A stretch of DNA of 64,000 bases from Mobula hypostoma (Eukaryota), in the NCBI RefSeq assembly GCF_963921235.1, contig NC_086097.1, forward strand, positions 134,604,001 through 134,668,000, given 5' to 3'. The notes beneath the pieces are model-generated. The model was given only the letters and a program-made list of their open reading frames with translations. It was not told the origin of the DNA and searched no databases. Both the position numbers and the translations under genes were made by a program. Every line of letters begins with the position of its first letter. The first letter of the stretch is position 1. Of the stretch, positions 39,601 through 52,439 are shown in pieces.

Positions 39601-40807
39601 TGATTCCAGCACTTTTCCGACTGAAAGGTCATTGCATGGGTGTGAGATATTTGCCCCTCACATCTATGCAGCACAGAAGCACAGACATTCATATACAACA
39701 ACAGTTACTGGTAGTTCTGTTACTGGAGTTTCCGAGGGTTGGAGTGATGATCCTGAAGTAAGAATTTAAGTATGATTATAAAAAGTGGGGGTCTTAAATT
39801 CAATTAATTCAGTGTAGAATGAAAAGATAATATTGTTAATAATGACCATATAATTAAAAGATTGTCAGAAAATTGTAATTTATATTCTTACACTTCAAAA
39901 GAGGAAATCTACTGATCTGTCCAAGAGGGATCACCAAGTGGTGCTGAGTGAGGGACCATTCGAATCTGGATTAATTCACAAGTGATGCTTACAGCTGGCA
40001 AAAAGAAATTGCGAGCTGAAACAATAGCATCCAGTGAGAAGCTAGATAAATGCACAAAGGTGAAAGGAATAGAAGAAGTGCAAGGACATAGAGAGAAATC
40101 TAGTGGGTCTTTGATAGAGGAATCTGTGACAGAAACAAGCAGTGACCACATTGATAGAGCCACTTGTGTTTCATATGGAGTTTTTCTGGGATGAAAATGA
40201 AGGCAAGTGGTCATTTAATCCTGTCCACACAAGCTGAATGTGCTGCACTGCTTTATCCCCAAGGTGCAAGGAAAAAAGGTTTTCCTGTGCGTTCTCCCCT
40301 GTTTTCCAAAATCTAGTTTAAAGGCAGATTTCATGGTCATAGAGTTAAACAGTAGGCTCATCAGCCAACCTCATCCATTCCGACATTTTGCCCATCTACA
40401 CTTATCTTATTTTAAGTAGCCAACTAAATGCCTCTTAAGTAACTGCGCCTGATTCTACCACGTCACCATACATCATCCTGTTCACTCTATACCAACAATT
40501 TTATTAATAATAATTATCAAAATTAATTATTATCATAATTATTGAAATAATGCATTTCAAGACAAAGTGAACATCATTTTCGCTATTATTCTTCAAAGAG
40601 AAAAATACAAAGTTTCCAAACAAGATATTACAGTTACACTCTATTTCATTTATGATGCACAATTATTTCTCTATCTATTGCTTGATTTTTCTCCAACACC
40701 ATAGAAATGAATATATGCAATGTTGGTGATGAGAACTGATCTATTAACTGCAAGGAAGCAACTCCCGCTGCCTAGGAAAATATGCTCTTAAAGATGAGCA
40801 ATGATCA

Positions 40808-40823
40808 GGCGCCATCTTCTGGC
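40808..40823 (-). promoter_or_regulatory. Candidate CTCF site
   Basis: Minus strand GCCAGAAGATGGCGCC fits CCASYAGRKGGCRS with one deviation, in unique AT-rich DNA. Confidence 0.5.
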
Positions 40824-41274
40824 ATCTGCAAAGCTTACAAGAAAATGCTTTTTCATTCAGTCAGTTGCTAGTTAATTTTTTTTGGCACACACGGAGATTT
40901 GGATGTGAAACCGTATAATTGTCTGTAAAACTGCTCAAACTAAATTTCTTAATGCTGCATTAGGCATTTTCACTAGATAAGAAAAATAGTGAAAATACCA
41001 ATTGCAAAGCCTTCTAAAAATGCCAAAAAATCTGGAAAACAGTAAAGAAACATGTTGGAAATATACTGTACCATCACTACAAGTTACAGAAAAGACAATT
41101 TCAATTATGATGTGTTGGATCCTCTAAAACACAACCTGAGCCTAACTGTACCATAAGCCAACTTTGAAAACATTGGCCTCAAAAGCTTTGCGATCTGACA
41201 GGTTGAATCCCAGCCTGATATGGCAACAGTTCTGCTCTGGACCAACGGAATCTGCAGAGAGAAGTAAAAGCTTC

Positions 41275-41665
41275 CCTTGTCACATCCTTCTATCCAGTCC
41301 ATCTTCATGGTGCATTGTCAAGAATCCCTTTTCTCTCTTCTATTTTCTGGAATAAGGTACAGGAGCTTGAAACCCAGTCAACCAAACTTAAGAACAGTTT
41401 CTTTCTCACTGCTATCAGACTTCGGAACCAATCACCTCCTCCACATCCCCTTCCCAGTTATTCCATTATGGTCACTCTAGTATTTCTTTTTGAACTCCTT
41501 CAGATTACACTACAATCTCTGCACCATTTGATTGATTTAGTCATTACTGTGCTCATTTTTGTTTTTACTATTTTTTTTACTGAGTATACTGTTTACTCTG
41601 TGAGCATCATGTAAAAAAGGAATTTCATTGCACCATGGGGCATAAGACAATCAATTAATCTGAAT
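41275..41665 (+). mobile_element. Rex1/Babar LINE 3' fragment
   Basis: LFSLLFSGIRYRSLKPSQP / KLKNSFFLTAIRL plus 3' UTR. Confidence 0.7.
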
Positions 41666-42269
41666 CATTCTTGAGAAAACTTACTCTTTTCTAACGTCTG
41701 CTACTTCCAAGTGCCACTTAAGAGGGATCTCTGGCATTCAGCATTTACCATCAAGAGATCACAATACCTACACTGAAGTATTCTCATTGACAACAAATCA
41801 AGAAGCAATAAGCATAATTATTAAATTAACATTTCAAATATTTCATGGGGTCCAAAGTAAACTTAGCATATTACGTCAATGTGGAATACTAAGAATTATA
41901 AATAAGTTTTAAAAAGCAAGGAAGTTAAATTATTTCAAAATTTATTAAATTGAAATAATTATCTGAAGGATTTACAACACAGGACAAAATTAATTCTGAG
42001 GGCCAGAAAGGTTGACAAGTAATAATCAGGGCTTAGGATATCATTAAATTCACATTTACACTTCTTGGAACAAATTGCAATATCCTCAGCAGCAATAGCT
42101 TGACAATATCTGCAGCTATTGTCAATTGACTGTTTCTTCCAATTTTACAAAACCAATGAGAAAGGAGGAAATCACTTGCACACACTTGTAGATTTACACT
42201 GCACAAACACATACTGCTGGCATTGCTGTCAACTTCCCAAAGCACCAATGCCAAACAATGATTACTTCA

Positions 42270-42609
42270 CGGACATCCCACCCTGCAAAAACTCATTTCA
42301 GGGAGGTAGCACCTTCAATTTGCGGGAGACTGCCAGGAGAGGTGGGATGTCTGCAAAAGAGTAGCTCCTTAGCAGCTGGCCAGCTAGTTTAAATAATGTT
42401 AGCTATGCTAATGAACGAATGACACCTGTTAAACTCACCTCAACATGTCTTTTACAGTCTTAACCCACCATGGGCAATAGAAAAGTCACTGTTGCAAACA
42501 GTGCAGCGAGCAACACTGTCATTATTTTGACCCCTATTAGGCAGCGGTACACTTTAGTGTAGTCTGGGGTGACGTATGTTTTATATTTTTTTGGAACTCT
42601 CTGCCATGG

Positions 42610-42645
<36 letters not shown>

Positions 42646-42889
42646 CGCTCGCGCGCTCTCAAGCGCTCTCGCTTGCTCTCTCCCTCTCTCGCTCGCGCAC
42701 TCTCACTTGCTTTCTCGCTCCCTCGCTCTCTCTCGCTCTCTCGCCTTCACTCTCGCTCTCTCTTGCTTTTCTCTCGCTCACTTTCAAAAAAATTGATTTC
42801 CGTGATATTGTATATAATTTGCGGGCATCAGGGAGCCACTATTAATATGCGGGAGACTCCTGGAAGCTCCAGGAGAGGTGGGATGTCTG
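42270..42889. mobile_element. Non-autonomous DNA transposon (MITE) with 13-bp TIRs and 6-bp TSD
   Basis: Left CGGACATCCCACC, right GGTGGGATGTCTG (12/13 inverted match); ACTTCA at 42264-42269 and 42890-42895. Confidence 0.8.
42610..42780. repeat. (CT)n / (CTCG)n microsatellite inside the MITE
   Basis: Direct inspection. Confidence 0.9.
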
Positions 42890-44219
42890 ACTTCATGTTT
42901 ACAGCCACATGATCTGGTCAAATTCACATGGATGCAGCGATCCTGGGCACGTTATTTCCAGCAAATGCACTGCAATTTAGTGGAGCTTGCAAAGGTGCCA
43001 TTACAAGCTCTGACAATGATGGGGCAACAAAGAGCAAATGATATACTGCTCGTCAACATTGGTATCTATTGATCAAAATCCATTTGTACAAGTTTCCTAA
43101 GAGTGTGATTAGAAATAGATGGAAAAAAGGCAAGACTACCAGATAGCACGGAATTTCTGTATCAGCTAAGGTGACTGACACAAAGTGGGCAGTTGGAGCA
43201 TAAGAACATATGAAAGAGAAGCAGGGGAGACTATGCAGCCCTTCAAGCATACTCCGCTAATACAATTAGATCATGATTTATCCTCTGTGTGGAGTCAACT
43301 TCCTTGCCCACTCCCCATATTCTCCAATTCCCTCTGTGCCTAAATATTTTTAAATCTTAATGTTGAACATAGAAGCAACCACAAGCAGACAAGGCAAAAA
43401 AAAAATCATAGCAGCGCATTATGAAATATTGTTACCTCTCACACCTAAGTGGTTGGCATCTAACTCTAACTATGCTCCTGGTCTACGTTCTCCAGCATGA
43501 GGGAATTGGCTCACTGTACTTGTGGAATTAAAACACTTGTGCCTCCTTAAGATCATTGTTCCAAATTCCATGCAGTTTAGGGTAATCTTATTCACTCCAT
43601 TTATGGGAGAACCTTTCCAACATCACCTGATGAATTTCTGCTTCACCAGATTCAAGGCAAGCCCACCTTCTTTAGTTAAAGAGACCAAAAACAGACAGTT
43701 CTCTAGGTCTCTTTAGAACAGGCACAATGGGAATTCCATGATACAGCACCAGATTACAATAGGTACTTATTAGATCATGCACAACTGAATGGTGCTTTGT
43801 TAATTTCACATGAAAAATGACAATTCGCAGATTTCAATTTCCACTTAGATGTAGAATTATACATGTGTCATATATTCAATAATAAAAGTTACAGCTCATT
43901 AGGAAACTTAAGCCAATTTATCTGATTTTAATTTTATGTGGAATGGCTTTCAGGTTATAGTCAAATTTTGTTCCAGTAATGGGTATCAGCAAGATTAGAA
44001 ACTGCCACATGCTCAAAGCCAGATGTTCATTCAAGAGGATTAACCACTGGGAGATGATTATTAGAGGTTTGTCAAGAAGTAGACAATAATAATGGGAAAT
44101 AGCTCAGGGTTATAAAATAACAAGTGACGTCAGGGATAGCCTTTTCATGAGTTATTTTAAAAGTCATGCTTTAAAAAAAGTTTTCTTAAGTTTGTTTCTC
44201 CATTTATTCTATTTTATAT

Positions 44220-44402
44220 TTAGAAATAAAGCACGGTAACAGGCCCTACAGGTCCAAAGATCCCACGCCGCCCAGTTACACCGATGTGACCAATTAACCT
44301 ATCAACTAGTTTGTTTTTGTAATGTGGGAGGAAATCAGAGCACCCGGAGGAAATATGCGTGGTCATGGTGAGAATGCACAAACTCCTTACAGATGGCGGT
44401 GA
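44220..44402 (-). mobile_element. V-SINE, 5'-truncated
   Basis: + strand TGTGGGAGGAAATCAGAGCACCCGGAGGAAA..GAGAATGCACAAACTCC is the reverse complement of the V domain. Confidence 0.75.
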
Positions 44403-44633
44403 GGCATTCTGTTCTTTTGTCTGACATGGGCTAGTTCACTTATTGCCAAAGCTTAATTTCTCTTTAGAAGGCCCCTTCTTGAATTACTAGAGTCCCTCAA
44501 CTGAAGGATGGGAGTTGTAAAATTTACACCCAAAGTCAAGGAAGGAACAGTGACTTACTTCCAGGTCTGGATGGAGGTAATTTCCAGAGGCGTTGATGTG
44601 GTCCCCATGCATCTGCTGCCACTCTCCATCCAG

Positions 44634-45120
44634 ACACAAGAGATTCTTCAGATGGTAGCAATTTAGAGCAACACACACAAAAGGGTGGAGGAACCCAACT
44701 ATGGAGTGAAATGAGCAGTTAACATTTCTGGTTGAGACCCTCCATCAAGGCTGGAAAAGAAGATGGCAGAAGCCCAAATAAAAAAAAGAAAAGGGAGTGG
44801 GGAGGAGCACAAGCTAGAAGGTAATAGGTGAGTCAAGGTGAGAGAGGGAAGGTAGGAAGGTGGTTGGGAGAGGGCAAATGAAAGGGAATAGAAACATAGA
44901 AAACATACAGCACAATACAGGCCCTTTGGCCCACAAAGCTGTGCCGAACATGTACCTACCTTAGAACTATCTAGGCTTTACAAGAAATTCTGCAGACATT
45001 GTACACCTTAAGCAACACACACAAAATGATAGAGGAACTCAGGGATCAGTCAGAATCTATGGAGGGAAATGAACAATCATTCCAGGTCGAGACACTTCAT
45101 CAGGACTGGAAAGGAAGGAG
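44634..45120 (-). mobile_element. Two decayed PLE terminal modules separated by a CR1 tail (about 44886-44978)
   Basis: Modules start ACACAAGAGATTCT.. (44634) and ACAAGAAATTCTGCAGA (44980). The second retains CCAGUC CUGAUGA but has lost GAAACGUC. Confidence 0.7.
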
Positions 45121-45289
45121 GAGATCCCCCCTAATGCTTCAAAACTATCTGCCATCTACATCTTTTACATATCAACCTCTCTACTAAAAGAAATAAGTCT
45201 TCCATTTGCACTTTGTCTAGGCTTCAATCCATTCCAAAAAAACAACCCTAGCCTAGCTAATCCTTGCCCATAACTGAAATTCTCCAGTG

Positions 45290-47466
45290 CTTATTAGCTA
45301 AGATAGACTGGCAAATGACACTTAAAGGGTTGACGGTGGATATGCAATGGCAAGCATTTAAAAATCGCATGGATGAACTACAGCAATTGTTCATCCCAGT
45401 TTGGCAAAAGAATAAATCAGGGAAGGTAGTGCACCCGTGGCTGACAAGGGAAATTAGGGATAGTATCAGTTCCAAAGAAGAAGCATACAAATTAGCCAGA
45501 AAAAGCGGCTCACCTGAGGACTGGGAGGTCCAGCAGAGGAGGACAAAGGGCTTAATTAGGAAAGGGAAAAAAGATTATGAGAGAAAACTGGCAGGAAACA
45601 TAAAAACTGACTGTAAAATCTTTTATAGATATGTGAAAAGAAAAAGATTGGTTAAGACAAATGTAGGTCCCCTACTGACAGAAACAGGTGAATTGATTAT
45701 GGGGAGCAAGGACATGGCAGACCAATTGAATAACTACTTTGGTTCTGTCTTCACTAAGGAGGACATAAATAATCTTCCGGAAATAGTAGGGGACAGAGGG
45801 TCTAGTGAGATGGAGGAACTGAGGGAAATACATGTTAGTAGGGAAGTGGTGTTAGGTAAATTGAAGGGATTAAAGGCCGATAAATCCCCAGGGCCAGATG
45901 GTCTGCATCCCAGAGTGCTTAAGGAAGTAGCCCAAGAAATAGTGGATGCATTAGTTATACTTTTTCAAAGCTCTTTAGATTCTGAACTAGTTCCTGAGGA
46001 TTGGAGGGTGGCTAATGTAACCCCACTTTTTAAAAAAGGTGGGTGAGAGAAACCAGGGAATTATAGACCGGTTAGCCTAACATCGGTGGTGGGGAAAATG
46101 CTAGAGTCAGTTATCAAAGATGTGATAACAGCACATTTGGAAAGCGGTGACATCATCGGACAAAGTCAGCATGGATTTGTGAAAGGAAAATCATGTCTGA
46201 CGAATCTCATAGAATTCTTTGAGGATGTAACTAGTAGAGTGGATAGGGGAGAACCAGTGGATGTGGTATATTTGGATTTTCAAGAGGCTTTTGACAAGGT
46301 CCCACACAGGAGATTAGTGTGCAAAGTTAAAGCAACACGGTATTGGGGGTAAGGTATTGATGTGGATAGAGAATTGGTTGGCAGACAGGAAGCAAAGAGT
46401 GGGAATAAACGGGACCTTTTCAGAATGGCAGGCAGTGACTAGTGGGGTACCGCAAGGCTCAGTGTTGGGACCCCAGTTGTTTACAATATATATTAATGAC
46501 TTAGATGAGGGAATAAAATGTAGCATCTCCAAATTTGCGGATGACACGAAGCTGAGCGGCAGTGTTAGCTGTGAGGAGGATGCTAAGAGGATGCAGGGTG
46601 ACTTGGATAGGTTAGGTCAGTGGGCAAATTCATGGCAGATGTAATTTAATGTGGATAAATGTGAGGGTATCCACTTTGGTGGCAAAAACAGGAAAACAGA
46701 TTATTATTTGAATGGTCGCCGATTAGGAAAAGGGGAGGTGCAACGAGACCTGGGTGTCATTATACACCAGTCATTGAAAGTGGGCATGCAGGTACAGCAG
46801 GCGGTGAAAAAGGCAAATGGTTTTTTGGCATTCATAGCAAGAGGATTCGAGTACAGGAGCAGGGAGGTACTACTGCAGTTGTACAAGGCCTTGGTGAGAC
46901 CACACCTGGAGTATTGTGTGCAGTTTTGGTCCCCTAATCTGAGGAAGGACATCCTTGCCATACAGGGAGTAGAAGAAGGTTCACCAGATTGATTCCTGGG
47001 ATGGCAGAACTTTCATATGATGAAATACTGGATCGACTTGTCTTATATCCGTTGGAAATTAGAAGATTGAGGGGGGATCTTATTGAAACGTATAAAATCC
47101 TAAAGGGATTGGACAGGCTAGATGCAGGAAGATTGTTCCCGATGTTGGGGAAGTCCAGAACGAGGGGTCACAGTTTGAGGATAAAGGGGAAGCCTTTTAG
47201 GACCAAGATTAAGAAAAACTTCCTCACACAGAGAGTGGTGAATCTGTGGAATTCTCTGCCACAGGAAACAGTTGAGGCCAATTGATTGGTTATATTTAAG
47301 AGGGAGTTAGATATGGCCCTTGTGGCTAAAGGGATCGGGGGGTATGGAGGGAAGGCTGGTACAGGGTTCTGAGTTGGATGATCAGCCATGATCATACTGA
47401 ATGGCGGTGCAGGCTCAAAGGGCCGAATGGCCCACTCCTGCACCTATTTTCTATGTTTCTATGTTT
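45290..47466 (+). mobile_element. CR1 (HER1-like) LINE, young, 5'-truncated, with RT domain
   Basis: [93 protein letters not shown] few nonsense stops and frameshifts; (CTATGTTT)n tail. Confidence 0.95.
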
Positions 47467-47959
47467 ATAACATCTTCCCAAATCTTCAGCCTCTCTGGTG
47501 CTACCACAGTTTCCAGTAGTGTTGTGACCAAAACTGCTTGCAGCCTTTCTCTGTAATTCAAGAAACATGATGGTTTTATTCAGATTTCCACTTACTTTTG
47601 TTTTCTCTTCGTCTGCATTTAATCTTTACTTTAGGATGGTATTTGAATTTAATGGATAAAAGAAACGATGCATTTCAAGACTTTGACAACAAAGTTACTC
47701 AATCTCCAAAATTAATTAATATCTAAAATTGAAACAAAAGAGCAAAGTGCTTCAATATCAGGAGGCTTGCTCTAGTCATAATAATATAGAAATCAAAATA
47801 ATTGTTAACAGAAGCAACAGAACAATGTACAATATATTTCATCCACGTCCAAAAGTGTTCTTTTTGTCTATATCCCAAAGTGTTAAGTTAATCTTAATGA
47901 ATCTACATTGGCTTTGGTCTAGTGATTGCTAGATATTAACATTTCGTCGTCCCTTTCAC

Positions 47960-48262
47960 TCTCCATAATCGTCTCAAGTTTTACAGCCTTCCAAATTCCC
48001 TCCACACTTCCAGTTTTAGCCTCCTGACCCTCTCCAGTTTTGAATTTACTTCACAACTGGTGCCTACAGCTGATTTGGCACCAATTCTCTTCCCAAACTA
48101 CTCCACCACTCTTTCTCCTTGTTTAAGGAGCTAGCTGTGATGAAGTCTTTGATCATCTGTCCTACCATCACTCTTTATGATCTAGTGTGAAATTTTTCCT
48201 TATAATCCTTCTAAGAGATGCCTTGGGAAATTTTACAACACTAACTGTGCAAAGCAAGTCAT
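47960..48262 (+). mobile_element. Decayed L2 3' end
   Basis: Ends GAGATGCCTTGGGAAATTTTACAACACTAACTGTGC..GCAAGT, resembling L2/DeuSINE tails. Confidence 0.45.
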
Positions 48263-49040
48263 TAATGACTGCTGAGTTAAAAATGCAATTAGTGTAGCAT
48301 GTACAAATTAATGAAGTGTTGGTAGTGACATCACTTCACTGGCCAAATGCAACACAGCATGCTATGTTTCTGCTGACTAATCAGACGCAATGATCCACAG
48401 GTAGGGAATATAAATGAAAAAAACTTTTAATGCTGATGCACAGAGCAAAAGGTCTAAGCTTCCTATAGCGCATTGTAATAATACTTCTAAACCATTGTAT
48501 ACGCCCAAAGAACATATCAAATTATTATTTACATCTCACTGTTTTGAAACGTTTGGCGATTTGCATCAATATGCAACTCAGCAGCGTAAAGAGAAACTGC
48601 AATTATGCAATGACTAATTCAGAATTCTACCCAGAGCCCCAGAAAGAGATTTATTTTATGGAAATGGTCTGCATGGAAATGAAAGTTCTTACTGAACGAT
48701 TGTGTTTCCCTATCACTCCCCTCTTAAACATTATCCCTAAAATACACTGCACTAAGGCAATGAGATTTAACTCACTGAGCATTTCAGAATGATGTACAAA
48801 GTTTTGATAGCAGACATGGGCACAACAGGATATCCTGGATTTACTCAATGTGTTGATTGAAAATACAGAATCTTGGACTTCTTGTTGAAGTCAATGGTTA
48901 GAGGTGTAATCTTTTATGGTGACACCATCATTATTGAGCGCAATACCACTTTGAGAGCCTGCAGCTGCACATCAATCCAGGAGGTTATATCCCTAAACTA
49001 CACTGCTCCAGTCGGACTCAATTAGAATTAAATTGAGCAC

Positions 49041-49290
49041 GTTGGGCAAGTGGCCAAGTGGCCAAGTGGTTAAGGTGTTCGTCTAGTGATCTGAAGGTCG
49101 TTAGTTCGAGCCTCAGCTGTGGCAGTGTGTTTGTGTCCTTGAGCAAGGCACTTAACCACACATTACTCTAGTGTCTGTGTGAGGAGTGGTGCCCCACACA
49201 GACTTCCAATCTGTGCCTTGCAAGGCATGAAAATGCCCAATGCAGGCCTCTCATGGTCTGAGTTGACGTTCTCTCCTTTCCCCCTCCCAT
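49041..49290 (+). mobile_element. tRNA-derived SINE with CORE-like central domain
   Basis: A box TGGCCAAGTGG, B box GTTCGAGCC (49104-49112), GTGTCCTTGAGCAAGGCACTTAACC (49133-49157). Confidence 0.75.
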
Positions 49291-49847
49291 CCCTCATGGC
49301 CAAAATAATCTTATCATTAGATCTTTGTCAGTGGGATCTTATGGTCACAAATTCACCACCGAGTTTCTTACCTCAAACTAGCATTTACACTTCAAAGATA
49401 GCTATTAAATGCTTTAAAGTTCATGAAATAATTACATTTGCTATGTACATAAGCTTCCCTTTTCCTTTTCGGAGACAATATATACAGTATTTGGGTACAT
49501 AAAAGCAACTTGATTCTGATGAATAAATTAGAAATTGGCATGAGCCAACAGAATCTACCAGATCCAATGGAAGCAAGAATACATAAGGAATTTTTAAGAC
49601 CAAACATGATTTTAATAAATAACTGAAATAAAGTTAACAAAAAAATGCAAAATATGCTGAAAATTGTGAACTAAATACATTGAATTTCTCTGTCCAAAAG
49701 TGATAAAATTGAGATCATGTTTCCAAGTTCCAATAAGTCAGATAGCTGAACAAGATACCATTCAGTTCATCATGTTTGTGCCAGCAGTTCTGCAAGAACT
49801 CGTTGATCTGTTTCATTTCACCCACCCATTCCCCAAATCTTCAAGTG

Positions 49848-51396
49848 CAATGCCTATAGAAAGTATTTCCCCCACCTCCAGAAGTTTTCATGTTTTATTG
49901 TTTTACAACATTGAATCACAATGGATTTAATTTGGCTTTTTTGACCCTAATTAACAGAAAAAGACCCTTTTGTGTCAAAGTGAAAACAGATTTCTGCAAA
50001 GTGATCTAAATTAATTACAAATATAAAACACAAAATAATAGATTGCACAAGTATTCACCCCCCACACCCCTTTAATATGACACACCAAATCATCACAGGG
50101 GCAACCAACTGGTTTTATAAGTCACATCATTCGTTAAATGATGATCACCTGTGTGCAGTCAAGGTGTTTCAAATGATTGTAGTAAAAGTACACCTGTATC
50201 TGGAAGTCTCCTGGAAAAAGCTACACCATGAAGACAAAATAACACTCCAAGCAACTCTGAAAAAAGGTTATTAAAAAGCACAAGTCAGATAAATACAAGA
50301 AAATTTCAAGTCACTATCCCTTGGAGTACAGTTCATTCAATCATCAAGAAATGGAAAGAATATGGCACAGCTGTAAATCTACCTAGAGCAGGCCATCCTC
50401 AAAAACTGAGTGACTGTGCAAGAAGTGGACTAGTGAGGGAGGTCACCAAAAGCTGTATGACAGCTGTGAGTTATAAGCTTCAGTGACTGAGATGGGAGAG
50501 ACTGCACATACAACTGTTGCCTGGGTGCTTAACAACCGTTTGGGAGAGTAGCAGAGAGAAAGCCACTGTTGAAAAAAAACCTCACATGAAGTCCTGGCTA
50601 GAGTTTGCCAGAAGGCACATAGGAGACTCTGAAGTCAGCTGGAAGAAGGTTCTACAGTCTGATGAATCCAAAATTGAGTTTTTTGCCTTCAGACTGAATG
50701 TTATGTTTAGCGTAAGCCAAACACCGCACACCATCGCCACTGTGAAGCATGGTGCTGGATGCATCATGCTATGGGAATGCTTCACAGCAGCAGACCCGGG
50801 AAGGTTTGTGAAGGTTAACCGTAAAATGAATGCAGCAAAATACAGGAAATCCTGATGCAGTCTGCAAGAGAACAGCGACTTGCAAGATTTGTTTTCTAGC
50901 AAGACAATGATCCCAAGTATAAAGCCAAAGCTACACAGGGATGGCTTAAAAACAACAAAGTTGCGGTGTGGCCAAGTCAGAGCCCAAACCTCAATCGAAC
51001 TGAGAATCTGTGGCTGCACTTAAAGGGCAGTTCACTCACAACCCCTATACAATCTGACAGAGCTTGAGCAGTTTTATAAAAAAAATGGAGAAAACTTGCA
51101 GTGTCCAGATGTGCAAAGCTGATGGAGACCTATTCACACAGACTCAAGGCTGTAATTGCTGCCAAGGTACATCTACTAAATACTGACTTGAAGGGGGGTG
51201 AATAATTATGCAAATTAATTATTTTGTATTTAATAATTGTAATAAATTTAGACCAATTTGTAGAAATTTGTTTTCACTTTGAAACAAGAGTCTTTTCTGG
51301 TCATCAATGTCAAAAAAGCCAAATTAAATCCACTGCGAATCAATGCTGAAAAACATGAAAACTTACAAGGTGGGGTGGGGGGGTGAATATGTACTG
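49848..51396 (+). mobile_element. Tc1 (IR/DR type) DNA transposon, full length, decayed
   Basis: About 210-bp imperfect TIRs with internal TATTCACCCC-type direct repeats; right end CTG|TA; transposase between them. Confidence 0.93.
50228..51186 (+). pseudogene. Tc1 DDE transposase pseudogene
   Basis: [83 protein letters not shown], ending STKY*. Multiple stops and indels. Confidence 0.92.
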
Positions 51397-52439
51397 TATT
51401 TTTCTTTGACCGGTGCGTCTGCTTCATCAGACTGAAAACTTATTCTTTGTTAAACAGTACATTCCCACTGTTAAGGAAGTGCTAATTTTACTCAGTTGCA
51501 TCCTTACGCACCCTACTTACTGTAAAATTGGCAGTAAAGACGGGGTAAAAGATGGCAGGAGTTTGCTTGATACTTTCATTCCTTCAGCCTTGTTTACTAG
51601 GATGGGGAGTCAATCAGGTGTTCAGCACTATCAAATACATGCCACTAGAATTCTAAGCAGAAATGAATATCTAAGCAAGTAGTCAACCATGCAGGACATC
51701 TCCTTCGTCATCATCACCTTGATGACATTAAATGCTGTATGGCAAATATGTGGTAGTGACAATGCAGAGGCACAAATCAATCCAATGCCTAAAAAAGTGC
51801 AGCGAGGTTTAGAGATGAAATTCCAAGATTGAGGGTTTCAGAAGCCAAATGAATCATTGCCTGTTGTGAATGCACAAGAGAGTAGAACTGGAGATGCAGA
51901 GAGAACTACATGCTCAAAAGATATTACAGAGGTAGGGAGCAGAGCATGTAAAGTGGAATTTGTAAATAAGCATGAGACTCAAATGAAGGCCCTACTTAAT
52001 TACACTTGTCAACTACAGTCTATCAGCAAAAGTAAGAATAATGATCAAGGCCATTGTGCCTTGGATGAACCTTGAAAAAATTAGTCCAAAGAGTAAGGTT
52101 GTACTTTTCCCTGTACATTTGCCTGCTGAGTTTATGAATACTGGTTATACGATGATCAAGTTAAAAGATCCTTACTTGCAGTGGAGAGTTATTCAAACAA
52201 TTTTGTCATTTGTCATAATTAGAATACCATGAGGAAATCAGATACAACTTAATTTTATAACAGATGACCAACCAGTATCCCAACACATAGTTGCACTCCA
52301 AGACTAGCAGTCTATAAGTTGTATTCTGGACTGACGTGGACCACAAAGAGAACTACAGAAAAATGTCTCTGTTTTATTGAATATTAAACCGCACCAATAT
52401 TTCTGAAGTAGATCACTGCATTAAGGAGCTGTGTTCAAA

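Noticed and set aside
42569..42912. Leu/Ser/Ala-rich ORFs
   Set aside because: Artefacts of the CT microsatellite.
49045..49120. Possible tRNA gene
   Set aside because: Has A and B boxes but no convincing acceptor stem, and continues into a SINE body.
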